Positions 34,871 to 36,940 of a stretch of DNA of 36,940 bases are shown piece after piece. Position 1 is the stretch's first letter, and every line of letters begins with the position of its first letter. Made by a program: the position numbers and the translations under genes. The notes under the pieces are model-generated. The model saw nothing but the letters and a program-made list of their open reading frames with translations, searched no databases and was not told the DNA's origin. Source of the stretch: Octopus bimaculoides (taxonomy: Eukaryota); the NCBI RefSeq assembly GCF_001194135.2, contig NC_068981.1, positions 197,244,984 through 197,281,923 on the forward strand, given 5' to 3'.

Positions 34871-36200
34871 GTAAGTATCCAGTTGTGGGATCTTAACTGC
34901 TTTAACCTGTCACTAAAGCACATTTATAAAACAATAATCCAGTGGAGTTAACCCTTTCTTGTTTACCATTTTTCTGTTGAAATGCTCTGACATTGTTTTA
35001 ATCCATTTTGAAAATAACAAAGAATTTAGTAAACTAAGTTGGTCATTCATTATTCAACTGTGGTTTTGGAGCATAGATTAATATGAAATTACAAAGGAAG
35101 GTTTTTAGATCACTTTAACCCATTTGTTACCATATTTCTGTTGAAATGCTCTGCTTTTGTTTCAATTAATTCTACAAAATAATGATGAATTGAGTAAGAA
35201 AATTTTGTTCCATGCTAGTACGGGTCCAGCAGGATTTATCGAGGCAGATTTTCTGTGAACAGATGTCCTTACAGTTGCCAACCCATATCTGTTTGCAAGT
35301 AAGGAAATGCTTCCCTATGGACAGACATAGAATATTAGAAATGAACAACACTGCTTGTATGACAGTGACACTCATTTACAGCAATTCTGGGATGTTGAGA
35401 CCAAATGACACCAATGTACACACAGACGCAATTATGCACTTGCTGTGAAACGTTCTCCGGTTCCAACCTTGCTGCGTCGGCTGCAGACCTGGCTATTGCT
35501 GCCCATAACACAGAGGAGGGAAAGATGGGTAAAACAAAGGAGCATGATTGGCCTGTTTCAGTTTGTGCCAGTCACTGTTGAGGCCCTGCATTGCAAAGTC
35601 AGGATAACTGCAGCCCATCTGAGAAATGAGCCCCTTGAGGTGGGGTGGCTGTTGCAGCGAGTGTTGCTCTCCATTCTCCATGGCAACACCTTTGCAATCA
35701 TTCTTTGTGAGGCAGGAATTCCAACCACATTTCATGGTTTGTAACCTCAACAGCTCCTTTATAGGATCCAGTGGTGAAAGACATCATCAGGAGGAACCAC
35801 GTCTGGTTGTACACCCCATTTGGCCTGGGGTGTACAACCCATTACTCCTGCCCCCACATCTTCTTTCTGCTTAATCCCCACCCCTGTTTTCTTTTTCTTT
35901 CTTTCCTTGGTGAGATAGTTATGGGTTGTTTTTTGATAATTTCATCTTTTATACTTTTAACAATTTTCACAAATGAAGTCTTAAAATGAAATAGTAAAAA
36001 TTAATTGAAATATTCAAAATTACGTACACATAGGATTGTTGTTTTTTTTCCCTCTCTTTCTCTACTAAATCCATTAACAAGGCTTTGGTTGTCCAGATAC
36101 TTGCTCAAGGTGTCATGTACAGGGACTGAACGTGGAACCATGTGCTTGGAAAGCAATTTTCTTAACCATACAGCCTCACCTGCCCCTATACATATATATT

Positions 36201-36883
36201 TAAATTAAATATAGGATAAAGTCTATATAAGAATTTATCCACTAGTCAGCGTGAAAACCTTAAAAGGGAAAAATTTATAATTATTCCCTTTCAACTACAT
36301 TTATTATACTAAGGGCATTACTACATGTAAATGCCTCATGCTGTGAGGGACTCTTAAAGTCAAAACTACCATAATAAATATACAGTGTACCAACAGCAAG
36401 AGAATGCAACTTGGAAATCGTGTCTTAAAAACAGATTCAGCTGCAAATCATATGATTTCATAGTTAAGTGTACATAATCCACTTTCTAATCATCAGTGCA
36501 GGCATAATCAAGATAAATAAAAATGAACAAAATTCAACATACCAGACGAACACCCAATGTATCCAACATAACACATAGAAATGTTAATTTATATATCTAT
36601 GTAAGAGGCAGGCTTTTCAAATTACATCTCAGTACACGTATATATTCAGAGTAATTCAGCACTGAATATATTCCAGTTAAATTTAAAATTAAATATAAGA
36701 TAAAATCCATACAAGAATTTTATCAAGTAATCAGCATGAAAACCATTTATTATATTAAGGGCATTACTACACATAAATGCCTCATGCTATAAGGGACTCT
36801 TAAAGTCAAAACTACCATAATAAATATACAGTCTACCGACAGCATAAGACATTTACATGTAGTCATGCCCTTAATGTAATAAA
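36201..36883. repeat. Local direct duplication (36201-36398 vs 36684-36844) with a terminal inverted repeat at 36850-36883
   Basis: The block TTATTATA(C/T)TAAGGGCATTACTACA...AAATATACAGT occurs twice. Its first 34 bp recur inverted at 36850-36883. Confidence 0.85.
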
Positions 36884-36940
36884 AATATATACATATATTT
36901 ATATCATTTCTATCTATCGATCTATTATATATATATATAT

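Noticed and set aside
34871-36940. Next RAD54B exon (motif III, ILTGTPIQN)
   Set aside because: It was not found on the + strand in the remaining 2 kb, so the gene continues beyond the window.

Overview
Eukaryotic, AT-rich, microsatellite- and gap-rich genomic DNA. The repeat families look like those of an octopus (inferred from recognising the repeats, not proven). The window holds the 5' half of one intron-rich gene on the + strand, RAD54B (SNF2/RAD54-family DNA translocase). I traced 13 coding exons by hand from 8595 to 34870. All have AG/GT boundaries and compatible phases, except for one missing ~50-codon segment that most likely lies in the N-gap at 27777-28515. The 3' half (helicase motifs III-VI) is not in the window. 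The introns are filled with tRNA-derived SINEs, RTE and CR1/L2-type LINE remnants, a mariner transposase fragment and MITEs. The most interesting non-coding signals are three different hammerhead-ribozyme-like motifs in short Penelope-like repeats (20993 +, 28937 -, 29947 -), two ~170-180 bp fold-back palindromes, and a 33-bp minisatellite derived from a MITE terminus that the assembly has duplicated. There is no prokaryotic feature, CRISPR array or novel multi-gene system. Most ORFs in the supplied track are artefacts of gaps, microsatellites or repeats.
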